DNA of 64,000 nucleotides. Origin: Octopus sinensis (lineage: Eukaryota). Shown here one piece after another: positions 39,655-52,071 of the stretch. The stretch spans positions 75,950,001 to 76,014,000 of the forward strand of contig NC_043005.1 in assembly GCF_006345805.1 (NCBI RefSeq), in the 5' to 3' direction. The notes beneath the pieces were generated by a model. The model did no database searches. It was not told the origin of the DNA and saw only the letters and a list, made by a program, of their open reading frames with translations. Made by a program: the position numbers and the translations under genes. Every line of letters starts with the position of its first letter. The first letter of the stretch is position 1.

Positions 39655-40575
39655 CTAACTAGTACTTATTTAATCGACCCCGAAAGGATGAAAGGCAAAG
39701 TCGACCTCGGCGGAATTTGAACTCAGAACGTAACGGCAGACGAAATACACCTATTTCTTTACTACTCACAAGGGGCTAAACACAGAGAGGACAAACAAGG
39801 ACAGACAAACGGATTAAATCGATTATATCGACTCCAGTGCGTAACTGGTACTTATTTAATCGACCCCGAAATGATGAAAGGCAAAGTCGACCGTGACGGA
39901 ATTTGAACTCAGAACGTAGCGGCAGACGAAATATCGCTAAGCATTTCGCCCGGCGTGCTAACAGTTCTGCCAGTTTTGAATGTTAATAATAAAACAAACA
40001 CAGGTATAATAATAATAATTATTATATTTGTACATAAGGTGGCGAGCTGGCAGAATCGTAAGTATGCCGGGCGAAATGCATAGCGGCATTTCGCCCGTCT
40101 TTACGTTCTGAGTTCGAATTCCGCCGAAGTTCATCCTTTCGGGGTTGATAAATTAAGTACCAGTTGAGGACTAGAGTCAATGTAATCAAGTTACCACCTT
40201 TCCCGAAATGACTGGTCTTACGCTAACATTTGAAACCATTAGGTGGCGAGGTGGTACTATCGTTAGCACGTCGGACAAAATGCTTAGCGGCATTCCATCC
40301 ATCTTTACGTTCCGAGTTTAAATTCTGCCGAGGTTGACTTTGCCTATCATCCTTTCGGGGTTGATTAAATAAGTACCAGTTGAGAACTGCAGTCGACATG
40401 ACTGATTAGCTCTCTTCCCCAAAATTTCAGGCCTTGTACTACTCGTAGAAAGGATTACCTTCAATCCATTTCGGGTGGATGAAATAAGTACCAGTTGAGT
40501 ACTGGGGTCGATGTTATCGATTTATCCTTTTACCCGAAATTACTGGCTTTATACCAAAATCTGAAACCATTTTAA
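39655..40575. mobile_element. Cluster of SINE B copies (minus dimer, then plus copies)
   Basis: Minus copy ~39655-39975, plus copies from ~40035 and ~40240. Confidence 0.8.
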
Positions 40576-42085
40576 TATTTGTACATCAATCAAGTCAGAT
40601 AAAATCCAATTATGGAAAAGTAACACTTCAAATCAGTTCAAAAATGTTTCTACGCTCGTTCGTTTTGGCGATGAAGTTTTTCATGAGGATGTCCAAAGCG
40701 TTTGCATAGCACCTCCAAACTATTTTAGAGGGTGCAAGATCCCTCCTGCCAACCCATCGTTCCCGAATCAAAGACAGCACAAACGGAATCGGCTCCGTTC
40801 AAGCTGTCTTAAATAATGATATGTTAAAAGCCGAATGAAGAAATCTTTGGTAATGTGTATTTATTTCAAGCAGTTTAAAAACACTTATGCTATCTACGTT
40901 TATCTTTGTTACTGTCAGTTATCTGCTCTTCGAGACTCTTACTATACAAACACAAACATATGTATGGTACATTTTCTACTACATATTACTGAATTTACTT
41001 TCTAAAACAAACAAAACATGCGTATATATTTCCCCATTAGATTATTCAATCAATTTTGTAAAAGACGAAAATAATGTACTCTCACTTCTAAACACATGTA
41101 AAGTTTGTCATGATAAAAATCTATACAATCTCGGGGAATTTTGGCCTATTTTTACTCTATATTCACAAACTACGAGCAGTGTAATTATTATTGAATTACT
41201 CTACCAAAAAGATTAGAAGAGGGTATTTTTGGCATCTAGGATATGAAAGGGAAACATATATATCAATTCCTTCTTGTTATTATCACTACAAGCAATTCTT
41301 TATTTTCATTCTGGTTTAAATCTTAAATCTTTCCTTCTCATTTCCTTCCTCTTTCTCACAACCTCTCCTGTCTCTCATAATTTATCCTATCTCTCTGTTT
41401 CCCACTATCTTTCTTGTTTTAGCTGTCTCTCAACTCTTGAGTATGTGCTGATTTGCTTAGTGTCAAGCAGACGAAGAAATAATTTTGAGAAATCTCTCGA
41501 TATATCTCTGTGCGTTAAGAAATAAAGATATGCTGTAAAAATATATAAAAAAAAAGTTGTTCGTTAAACAGATTTCTTTAATTTCTACGTCTGGACATAG
41601 ATATGAATAGTTCTTAAGAACTGCGTAAGAAGACGCAATATCGAAAGCAAATCAAAGATAACTAATCAATTATACCGAAATTTTGAGCAGAAGACAACAT
41701 TTTCCAGACAATTGTTTGTTGGTAAATTGCAACAGAACGAATGACACTTGTCGTAATCACATTTTAGTGAGGAAGAAATGAGAGGAAAAAAAATAGAGAG
41801 AAAGAAAAAACGAAACATCAAACAAAACAAAAAAATATATGGATGTTTTTGATGACATTAGTATAACGGAGAAATATATAAAATACAAAGAAAATGAAGA
41901 AGTCTGGTGAAATCAAAACAAGTTCCATGAGTCGTAATAATATCGATTGGTGATAATCTGAAAAGTGTTCGCTCTTTTATCAATAAGGAAAATACATTAA
42001 CCAACTATTTTCTTTTGGTTCTAAATTCGGAGAGTATCATAATTAGATATAAACATATGTATGTGTGTATATATGTGTTGTGTCT

Positions 42086-42159
<74 letters not shown>

Positions 42160-42171
42160 ATATATGTAATG

Positions 42172-42248
<77 letters not shown>

Positions 42249-42322
42249 TGTATGTATGTATGTATGTATATGTTTTTATGTATTTATATATGATGTTGTG
42301 CAACACACACACATACATGTAG

Positions 42323-43021
42323 AATTAATATGAGCAGCAGTTTACTGTGTTTCACCAAAAGAAGAATTACAAATGTCACTAAATGCGACCAGGGTGTTTG
42401 GACAACACCTACATTGCTAGAAATAAGAACTAAAACGCTCTAATGCTGTAGTTAACGCACACGAATAAGAACATATACACTAACAGAGACCATAATCGTC
42501 TGAAAAGTGCTGATCGAGAATTCTTAATAGTGACACGTCAGTTTCGGTAATTTCCGTCGCTTCATCAGTTAACCCAGCTGGGCCTTTACTACTGATTTTT
42601 TTTAATATTACGATTATAACAAAATCATATATAGAATAGGACAATAAAGGACAACATTACACGCAAAATGTCAAAAAAGTTCGTCTAAAACTTCTATGAT
42701 TTTATATAATTCGCTGACTTTGGATATTCCTTATGTTATAAAATGAATCAATTTTTGGTTTCTGCTCTTTCCGGACTCGCTTCACCATTAGTATATATGT
42801 TTTCGCAATCCAAATAATTGGATGATTTAGTGATTCGCTAATGTGCACATATAAAATTAATATAAACAGCAGTTTGCAATGTTTCACCAAGATGGAGAAT
42901 TACAAATGCCACTAAATGCGACCAGGGTCTTAGACAATACCTACATTGCTAGAAATAAGAACTAAAACGTTCTAATACTATAGTTAACGCACATGAATGA
43001 GAACATATGTACTAACAGGAA

Positions 43022-43025
<4 letters not shown>
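42323..43025 (-). mobile_element. Penelope-like 3' fragment between ~170-bp direct repeats
   Basis: Direct repeats at 42323-42495 and 42855-43025, ISESL-like endonuclease tail, degenerate CTGATGA...GAAAC motif. Confidence 0.5.
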
Positions 43026-43082
<57 letters not shown>

Positions 43083-43206
43083 CAACGGGCTTCTCTCAGT
43101 TCCGTCTACCAAATCCACTCGCAAGGCTTTGGTCAGCCCGAGGCTATAGTAGAAGACACTTTCCGAACAAGTTTCTTACCACACACCAGTACGTCTGCGC
43201 CAATGC

Positions 43207-43252
<46 letters not shown>

Positions 43253-43380
43253 CAACGGGCTTCTCTCAGTTTCCGTCTACCAAATCCACTCGCAAGGCTT
43301 TGGTCAGCCCGAGGCATAGTAGAAGACACTTTCCGAACCAAGTTTCTTACCACACAGCTACGTCTGCGCCAAAATATATA

Positions 43381-43421
<41 letters not shown>

Positions 43422-43662
43422 TATATAAGCAATAATAATCTCTGAACGAGTATAAACAGTAGCTGCACGATATCGTGAAGTATATTTGCCACTTAAATGT
43501 GGCTAACCCTTAAGGGGGGATGCTACTGTAGCGTGTAGCCTCAGGAGGACACCTCCTCCAGCTGGCTATTGACAAACTTTCTGTGCCCTATCAGTATTTG
43601 CAAAGAGAAGCCATCCTTCCTATCTTCAACCTGCCATGATACACACGGACTCGAGTTTCTGA

Positions 43663-43702
<40 letters not shown>

Positions 43703-45436
43703 GCATATATACACACGTACATGTACATGCCTACATATATATGTATATATACATGCATATATGGGTACAGGACGTCAAAAAAACCGTGAACAAAATGCGA
43801 AACGAGAACATAAAAAACAAATTCATGGAAAACGAACTTTTTTTTTCAAACAACGAAAGAAACAAATAGAGAAACGAGACAGGCAACATAAAGAACATTC
43901 CTTTCATCAGTTGTCCCCTGTTTTATCTATTCCTGCTGTTTAAATGTTTCAGTACCAGGAATGTGGTCATACTGGGCATCCCCTTCGACAGGTTTTACCC
44001 TAGTATATTGACTCCTCCCACATAAGTTCTTTGTGTGCTGCTTATTTTATCAATTTTGTAAGGGAAGAAAGTTACGTGGACAGAAGGTTAAAGGGATGTA
44101 ACTGGATTGGAACTAAAGATCAAATGAAATTTTTGTTCGCCGTATCCATCACCTTTCACATCGACAAACACACACTTATACACACACGCGCGCGCGTATG
44201 TATGTATGTATGTATGTATGTATGTATGTATGTATGTATGTATGTATGTATGTATGTATGTATGTATGTATGTATCCAACTGGTTTCTGTGCAGATTCCG
44301 TCAACGGGATTTCGCTTTCAAGGCTAGAGTCGAAGACACCAAAACTATAACCAGTGGCATAGTTAGAAAGTGTGCCACCCGCAACAGCCCTCAAATTTTC
44401 TGCCGCCCCCACCTCATTCATACAAGCTTATACAGCATACCCAAAAGCGATACCTCCATAGAAGCATCACCCGGTGCGAACGGCCCCCAAGCGCCCTTCT
44501 TAGCTTCGGTACTGAGAGCAACTGAGTGGGGGCGAACACTAAACTGAATGATTACTAGGTGGACGTCTTAATCTTAAGACTATGTTTGTATCCGGTAATT
44601 TCCATAAAACACTGACCCACCGATGCAACACAAAAATGCATCACCTTCATGAAGTGTGTCTCGAGTAAGTCAGCCTGACAGAACCCTCGTAGTCGTCATG
44701 TATTGTATGCTTTTTGCATCGGGTTTAGAACGCTACAATAAAAGTCTTTCCGATTAAGAATGATTTCTCACACCGGATGAAGCCATAGCATTACTTCATT
44801 CTAACTTCCTTATCCGCCCTTTGACAAGTCTTGTTTTTAGTCCTATTGGATGTCCAGACATCCTCCTTACTTGAGTAGCAAAGTACTCAAGTGGGGGACC
44901 CAGTGTAGTCATTGACTACTCGACCATGGAACAGACAATAATTGTTTCCATGGTACTTGTAGCAGGTTTCATCAGTCTGTGATGAGACTCCTGACACACA
45001 CACACAAAAAGGCAGAACCCTACCGGCTTCAATGTTATTTTTAGATGGAATTATGTTAACAATATAGATCAATGAAACTGCCGTCACTTATCAGTTATTC
45101 GATGGCCGACCGAGAAGACTTAAGCCACTCGGTCAGTGGTGAGATGTCAACCTCTGATTCTTCGACATGTAAGCTATTTATACCATTTGACACACACGTA
45201 TCTTTTTATCTCCACGTAACTGTTTACTTAACCCTTTACGTCATCCACTCAAACTACAAGGGTTGTTGCTGGTGTTGATGAACTTCAGGCCAGCCCAGAT
45301 CAAGCAAACCTATCTAGGAGAAGTCCTTCATCAATCCTTCTCTTCCCCTGGTAGAATTTTTTGGCTGCATACAGGCGTCATCTGCAATCATCCACCAGAG
45401 GTGCACAATCTGCATGGAAAGTAATCTAGAGAATAG

Positions 45437-45965
45437 CAGTTGGGAGCTCATGACAGCTCAGTTGAGAACTCATGACAGCTCAGTTGAGAACTCATGACAG
45501 CTCAGTTGAGAACTCATGACAGCTCAGTTGAGAACTCATGACAGCTCAGTTGAGAACTCATGACAGCTCAGTTGAGAACTCATGACAGCTCAGTTGAGAA
45601 CTCATGACAGCTCAGTTGAGAACTCATGACAGCTCAGTTGAAAGCTCATGATAACTCAGTTGAGAACTCATGACAGCTCAGTTGAGAACTCATGACAGCT
45701 CAGTTGAGAACTCATGACAGCTCAGTTGAGAACTCATGACAGCTCAGTTGAGAACTCATGACAGCTCAGTTGAGAACTCATGACAGCTCAGTTGAGAACT
45801 CATGACAGCTCAGTTGAGAGCTCATGACAGCTCAGTTGAGAACTCATGACAGCTCAGTTGAGAACTCATGACAGCTCAGTTGAGAACTCATGACAGCTCA
45901 GTTGAGAGCTCATGACAGCTCAGTTGAGAACTCATGACAGCTCAGTTGAGAGCTCGTGGCAGCTT
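45437..45965. repeat. 22-bp minisatellite (CTCATGACAGCTCAGTTGAGAA), 23 units
   Basis: Exact 22-bp period from 45447 to 45953. Confidence 0.97.
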
Positions 45966-46524
45966 AATATCATTCAATAAAATCAAGACATAGTAACTAC
46001 TCATATCAAAGAAACGCTTGCAACACAATAGAACAACACCTCTAATTTTTGAAATACTGTTTTGGTTTAAATTTCACAAGAACGGCCCAGTTAAATAATA
46101 ATAATTCGTTGAACATAAATTTTCAGCAGCTTTATTGCTATAATTTACCACGAAAACGAACACTGGATGTGGTGCTGGTAGAATATCACTCACCCTCAGC
46201 ATGTCACAACTAGCTGCTGAATGTTCACTTCTGCAATATTTCCTGATAAGAGTGGGGGCAGAAAAATTAGTTTCTCATTATGATTTATGTATATTCACTA
46301 CATTGAGTAGATATATTACTGAATTAAAATATTTATGATGAATTTACATTCATTGGTAAGTGTATCCTGCACACCTAGAATCAGAGATGCAGCCAAGTTT
46401 TAAAACTAGGAGGAACGAGCACATGAAAAAAAGGCACCGTGACACGTATTAAATAATTTTTAATTCGTTTCTATCATCATCATCATCGTCATCACCATCA
46501 TCATCGTCGTCATCATCATCATCG

Positions 46525-46574
<50 letters not shown>

Positions 46575-46908
46575 TAGTGTTTTAATCCGTTAACGGGGGT
46601 GGCCGAATCTACCTCAATGCCATATCAACCGAGGTAGGCAGGTGTAGCCCACCCGCAACCTTTGCGTTGGCTGGTGCCCATTCTCGTCTGCTATCATGGG
46701 GCTTTTTGGGAGCTGGATTTTCTACGGGGAGCATGCCCTTGCTTACCCCCAATCCGAGTTTCTACACATGGGTGGTCCCGAGACCAAGGCCTCTATTACG
46801 ATTTTTAAGAAATGTGGTGGAAAACTAGCTCAGGAAGACAGGGACGCTACTCCCTGAGACCCCTTTCGGAGCCCCACTACATCATATTACATGAAATATT
46901 TCATTAGT

Positions 46909-47441
46909 AACAGGTCGATAAAGGCTGCAAGTCTTTTGATCACAAGTCTATTCAGTCGAGACCAACACTAGTCTAATCAACGACTTTATAACAGAACTGG
47001 AGATGAAAATTAGGACAAATTGTTTAGAGTAAAGTTTTATGAGTGTAACACAGCTGGGAAGCTGAGAGGAGAGAAAGCGTAATTGTATTCCACATCCATA
47101 AATTTCATGTTTCAGTAACAATGTCATTATGAAACTGAAAGCTACTGATTCAGGTAACTAAAGAGTAAGAACAAATTCTTGAAAAGGCGCCAATTTTGAA
47201 AAATGTTCGCGTGGAGAGCGGTCGCCCCCCTTGCTCCCTTATTAGCAGCATCACTGCTTAGAACATATATTCCTGAAGTACAGCTTTCCCTCCTCTCAGC
47301 TTCCCAACTGTGTTACACTCATAAAACTTTACTCTAAGCAATTTGTCCTAATTTCCATCTCCAGTACTGTTATAATGTTGATTAGTCTAATGTCGGTCTC
47401 GACTGAATAGACCCGTGACTTGTAGCCTTTATCGACCTGTT
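46909..47441. repeat. Long inverted repeat, ~160-170-bp arms, ~200-bp spacer
   Basis: Arms 46909-47078 and 47283-47441. Confidence 0.88.
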
Positions 47442-48400
47442 TTTATCATTATTATTGCAAATATTATGAATCTAGGACTATATCATACGATAGATCCTTT
47501 CATTTTAAAGACTTTATTTGAGATGTATTTGACTGTTACTCCTAGCAGTCCAATCGACCACAGGTTCTTTCTCCACCCCCACCACATACTACTTTCATTT
47601 GTTTGTGTCTCCCTCGTTAATTTGTTTCCCTGTCCTTAATTTCCATGTCGACATCAACATGCAGAAGTTTAAGATGAACATCAACTGTAATGACGGAGCT
47701 AGGCTTTGTACCTTACTGGACGCTCCTTGAAGTCACCCCTTTCCTATCACAGAAAACACAATATAATATACATAAAAAAATGCCTCTCTCCAAAAGCTAT
47801 CTCCCGTGGCTGACTGATCCATTGTCCTCTTTCAGCTATGCTAGTGCTCGCACCCCTCATAAATGCCTTCTATTGCAGTGTCGTTAAGAAGCTCATTCTG
47901 CAACCATGTGGTTTCAGGTTCAGTTCCATTGCGCGGCACCTTAGGCAAATATCTTCTATAACTCCAGACAGACCAATGCCTTATGAGTAAATTTAGTTGA
48001 CGGGAACTGTGTGGAAGCCCGTTGAATATGTGCAACCGTTAATCCAGGGACGTGGGTTCGAAACGTCAAAGACTCTTTCATTTTTCCCGAGCGTCAAACT
48101 AGTATACCTTGTTCGTTGTTTCCTCACCTGTCTCTGATATTTGTTTCTTGCATTATTTTGAACTACACACACACACGTATATATATATATATATACTCAT
48201 ACATACATACATATATGTATGTAATATATATTATATATTATATATATATTATATATATATATATATATATGTAATATATATGTGTGTGTATATATATATA
48301 TATATATATGTATGTATATATATATGTATATATATATGTATATATATATGTATGTATGCATGTATGTATTGTGTGTGTGCGCGTGCGCGGCGCGTATGTA

Positions 48401-48441
<41 letters not shown>

Positions 48442-48742
48442 ATGAATAAATGTGTTTGTGTGCTTGCGTGTGTGTCTTAGTATTTATGTTTGTCTTCCAC
48501 GGCTTGACAACCAGTACTGATTTGTTTAATTCCCCGTAACTTAACAGTTCGGCAAAGAAGTCGATAAAATAAGTACCGCACTTAAAGATAAGAAATAGGG
48601 ACGATTTGTTCGACTAATCCCTTCAAAGCGGTGTGCAAACATAGCTCCAGTCCAATGAAACCAGTAAACGGTAAAAGATACACAAATACAAAAAAAATAA
48701 AAGCTAAAAGTTCCATCTTTTTTTTTGTGCAAAATCACTCAC

Positions 48743-48793
48743 CTGGTAAGCATTTAACTGTTCTTCAGAAAATGTCACGATTTGGTTCCCCAT
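48743..48793 (-). CDS. CIB2: CIB2/3-like exon 1 (MGNQIVTFSEEQLNAYQ)
   Basis: ATG, 51 nt, donor CAG|gtgagt. The MGN start and QLxxYQ end match CIB2/CIB3 exon 1. Confidence 0.93.
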
Positions 48794-50016
48794 TGTTCTC
48801 ACCAAACGTCTATTTCCGGATGAATAATTATTCCATTAAAGAAGCACATTAAGAGGTCAAATTCATGAAAACGAATCCCATATTACTTCTGACCTCACAG
48901 TTTATTTCTCCGAGGAAGACTTTAACATTCACTTTATTTTCATTTGAGTTTGAATATACATGTATATTTATATAAATACATATATCTTTATACGTATACA
49001 TGTACATAGGCATCACTGCGCAATTAATCTGTGTCCAACGCGTAGAAATTATGAAAATTAGGACTCCATTTTGAACGCTAAGTAGGACTCCATTTAAAAC
49101 GTTATGTAGAACTCCGTGGTTTACATCAATAACAACGTTATCATCATCATTATTGTAAGTGTTGTTGTCATCAAGTTATGTATATCTTTCCACTGGACTT
49201 CGAGTAAGCTCCACTCCCTTGACTACTCCAATAAAAAGAACGTTTTTAAACCAAGCAGTAACCTCCATGTGTTGTATTTAGCCACATAAATAAATCGTAA
49301 TGCTTGCTGTCGTAGTTGTTTAGTCCCAGGTCAGCCCTGGGTGATTATATACAACTGTGTTATCCAATATGTCCGTCCCTTGTATTTTCAAAGACTGTTG
49401 AACGTAATTCGCAAGAGATCCGGCTGTTATTTCTAACAGACCGATTGACCACATAAAGACCCTCTACTGTCTGTTATTGTTGCCGTTGATAGTATTACAT
49501 TAACCGTTTAGAATACTGTTTAGAATATGTAGGGAATACGTTGCTTTAATATGATTAAATTCTAGAAAACTGTAAGATAAATATAAAACCTTGACACAGG
49601 AATACAATCAATCGTCGATTGGTGTAGAAAGTCGACACAGATGAGTAACACCCTCACAATAAATGAATAAATAAATAAATCATTGATGTCGTCTGTCGTT
49701 TCTTTTACGCTTTGTCACTTGACCACTTCAGTCGGATTGGCACGTAGTGTTATAATCGATTCACCTAGTTCGAGTAGTTGATGCAGCTAATAGTGGTCAC
49801 TTTGTTGTTAAGACAACAGCCAGCATATACTAAGATGTCCATTTTTTTTTCCTGACTTAATTAATCGATGACCAACTTATTGATAGCTAATAAATTTCCT
49901 CGACCAAATACCAGGATTTTGCTAAATTTCTTCCAACCACTTTAAGTATTTCAAATTTTCACCAGATTTTTTTTTCAACTTTTCTACACAGATGGAATTT
50001 CACAAAACAAAAATCA

Positions 50017-50414
50017 TACTCTTTTACTTGTTTCAGTCATTTGACTGTGGCCATGCTGGAGCACCGCCTTTAGTCGAGCAAATCGACCCCAGGACTTATT
50101 CTTTGTAAACCTAGTACTTATTCTATCGGTCTCTTTTGCCGAACCGCTAGGTTACGGGGACATAAACACACCAGCATCGGTTGTCAAGCGATGTTGGGGG
50201 GACAAACACAGACACATAAACATATGCACATTCATATATATATATACATATATACGACGGGCTTCTTTTAGTTTCCGTCTATTAAATCCACTCACAAGGC
50301 TTTGGTCGGCCCGAGGCTATAGTAGAAGACACTTGTCCAAGGTGCCACGCAGTGGGACTGAACCTGGAACCATGTCGTTGGTAAGTAAGCTACTTACCAC
50401 ACAGCCACTCCTGC
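50017..50414 (-). mobile_element. SINE family A
   Basis: Near-consensus reverse copy. Confidence 0.88.
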
Positions 50415-51835
50415 ATCACTCCTCATATTAACTTTTTTTCTAGAAATTAATAATTATTTCCATTGTAGGCATAAGGCCCGAAGGTTTGGGTAAAGGAGTT
50501 AGTCGATAACATCGACCTTAGTATTCAAATGGTACTTATTTTATCGATCTCGAAAGGATGAAACGTAAAGTTAGTTTCGGCGGAATATGAAGCCAGAACT
50601 TAAGCCGGAATAAATGCCGCTAAGCATTTTTTCCGGAATGCTAACGATTCTGTCAGCTTGCCGTCTTAATAATCCTTTCTGCGATTGGTCCGAGGCCTGG
50701 AATTTGGGGGGAATGGGATTAGTTGATTACAGAAGTAATCCACATTCAGTAGTAAACCACGCCTTACCAACATATTGCTTTGCCCCACCGGTGGTGCGTG
50801 TATTGTGAAGTATTAATTTACGTAGTCGCTCGACCGGCTAGAAATAACTGCTAAATCTCTTCTCAAATCGCAACATGTAGTCTTAAAAACGGAAAGAACA
50901 CACGAGATATAGTCGTAGAATCTCCTAAAATGATGGGATGGTCACGACTGGAATATTTCTGGTCATAGATCTCTGATTAGGGTTGACTCATGGTTAAACA
51001 ACACTAACAGTTTATTCATCTCTATGCCTATGCGCTAATGTGCCATTTAAGAATTCTTGGATATAATCGGTCTTTAGATATTTGACATATTTGAAGTTCC
51101 TTTTGAACAAGCTAGTTACTTCCCTTGCACAGTCTACTTTATCTTGGCACCAGTCAACGAGAATCTTGTACATAGTCTAGTTAACTGCTAGACATAGCAG
51201 CAAAATTTCCCTCAAGTCATAACAGGCTATCTAAATAAAAAAAAGAAAGAAAGGTAGCACACTTTGCATGATTTAGCTCTAGATGTATTATATCGGAATA
51301 AATATTGCTTTCGAATTTTGGCACAAGGCCAGCAGCTTCGGGGTAGTGGTAAGTCGATAACATCAATCTCAGTACACAACTGGTACTTATTTCGTCGCCT
51401 CACGAAACGATGAAAGGCAAAATCGATCTTGGCGGATTTAAAATTCAGAACGTATGGTTTCGTTTCGAAGAACATACGTTTGTTTAAGCAAAGACATACG
51501 ATTTTGAAGAAGTATTCTCCCCTCGTTAGAGATTAAAGAAAAGCACACCGTTGATGAAGAGCCACCCTTTTTTTAAAAACTCATTCTAGTTCTTCTATCT
51601 TGCTTTCATACTCGTAAAGTATATGTATGTATATACTTGAAACATTCTTCAAAACACTCATCTTCATTACACAAAATAATAATGCATCACTTTTAATATA
51701 TGTGTGCGGGTATAAGATATATGTATATATTATCATGGCTACCGAATATTGTCACATGTTATATTTACACACACCCCACCACACACACACCACCCACACA
51801 CACACACACACACCACACACACACACACAACACAC

Positions 51836-51877
<42 letters not shown>

Positions 51878-51976
51878 TTGAGGGAGATAAATTAATATAA
51901 TTTTAATATCAATTTAAAACCAGTAGTCCAGCATTCAAAAAAATCTGAGGAGTCAGAGAAAATTCAAATATATGTG

Positions 51977-52030
<54 letters not shown>

Positions 52031-52032
52031 CG

Positions 52033-52071
<39 letters not shown>

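Noticed and set aside
40690-40800. C-type-lectin-like CAV...W...C...CK pattern on the minus strand
   Set aside because: Interrupted by TAA and lacks the upstream lectin motifs.
43770-43920. CTGATGA in a repeat shared with 21400-21570, as a hammerhead
   Set aside because: No GAAA follows stem II.
45437-45965. CRISPR-like appearance of the 22-bp array
   Set aside because: Contiguous units with no unique spacers, in a eukaryotic context.
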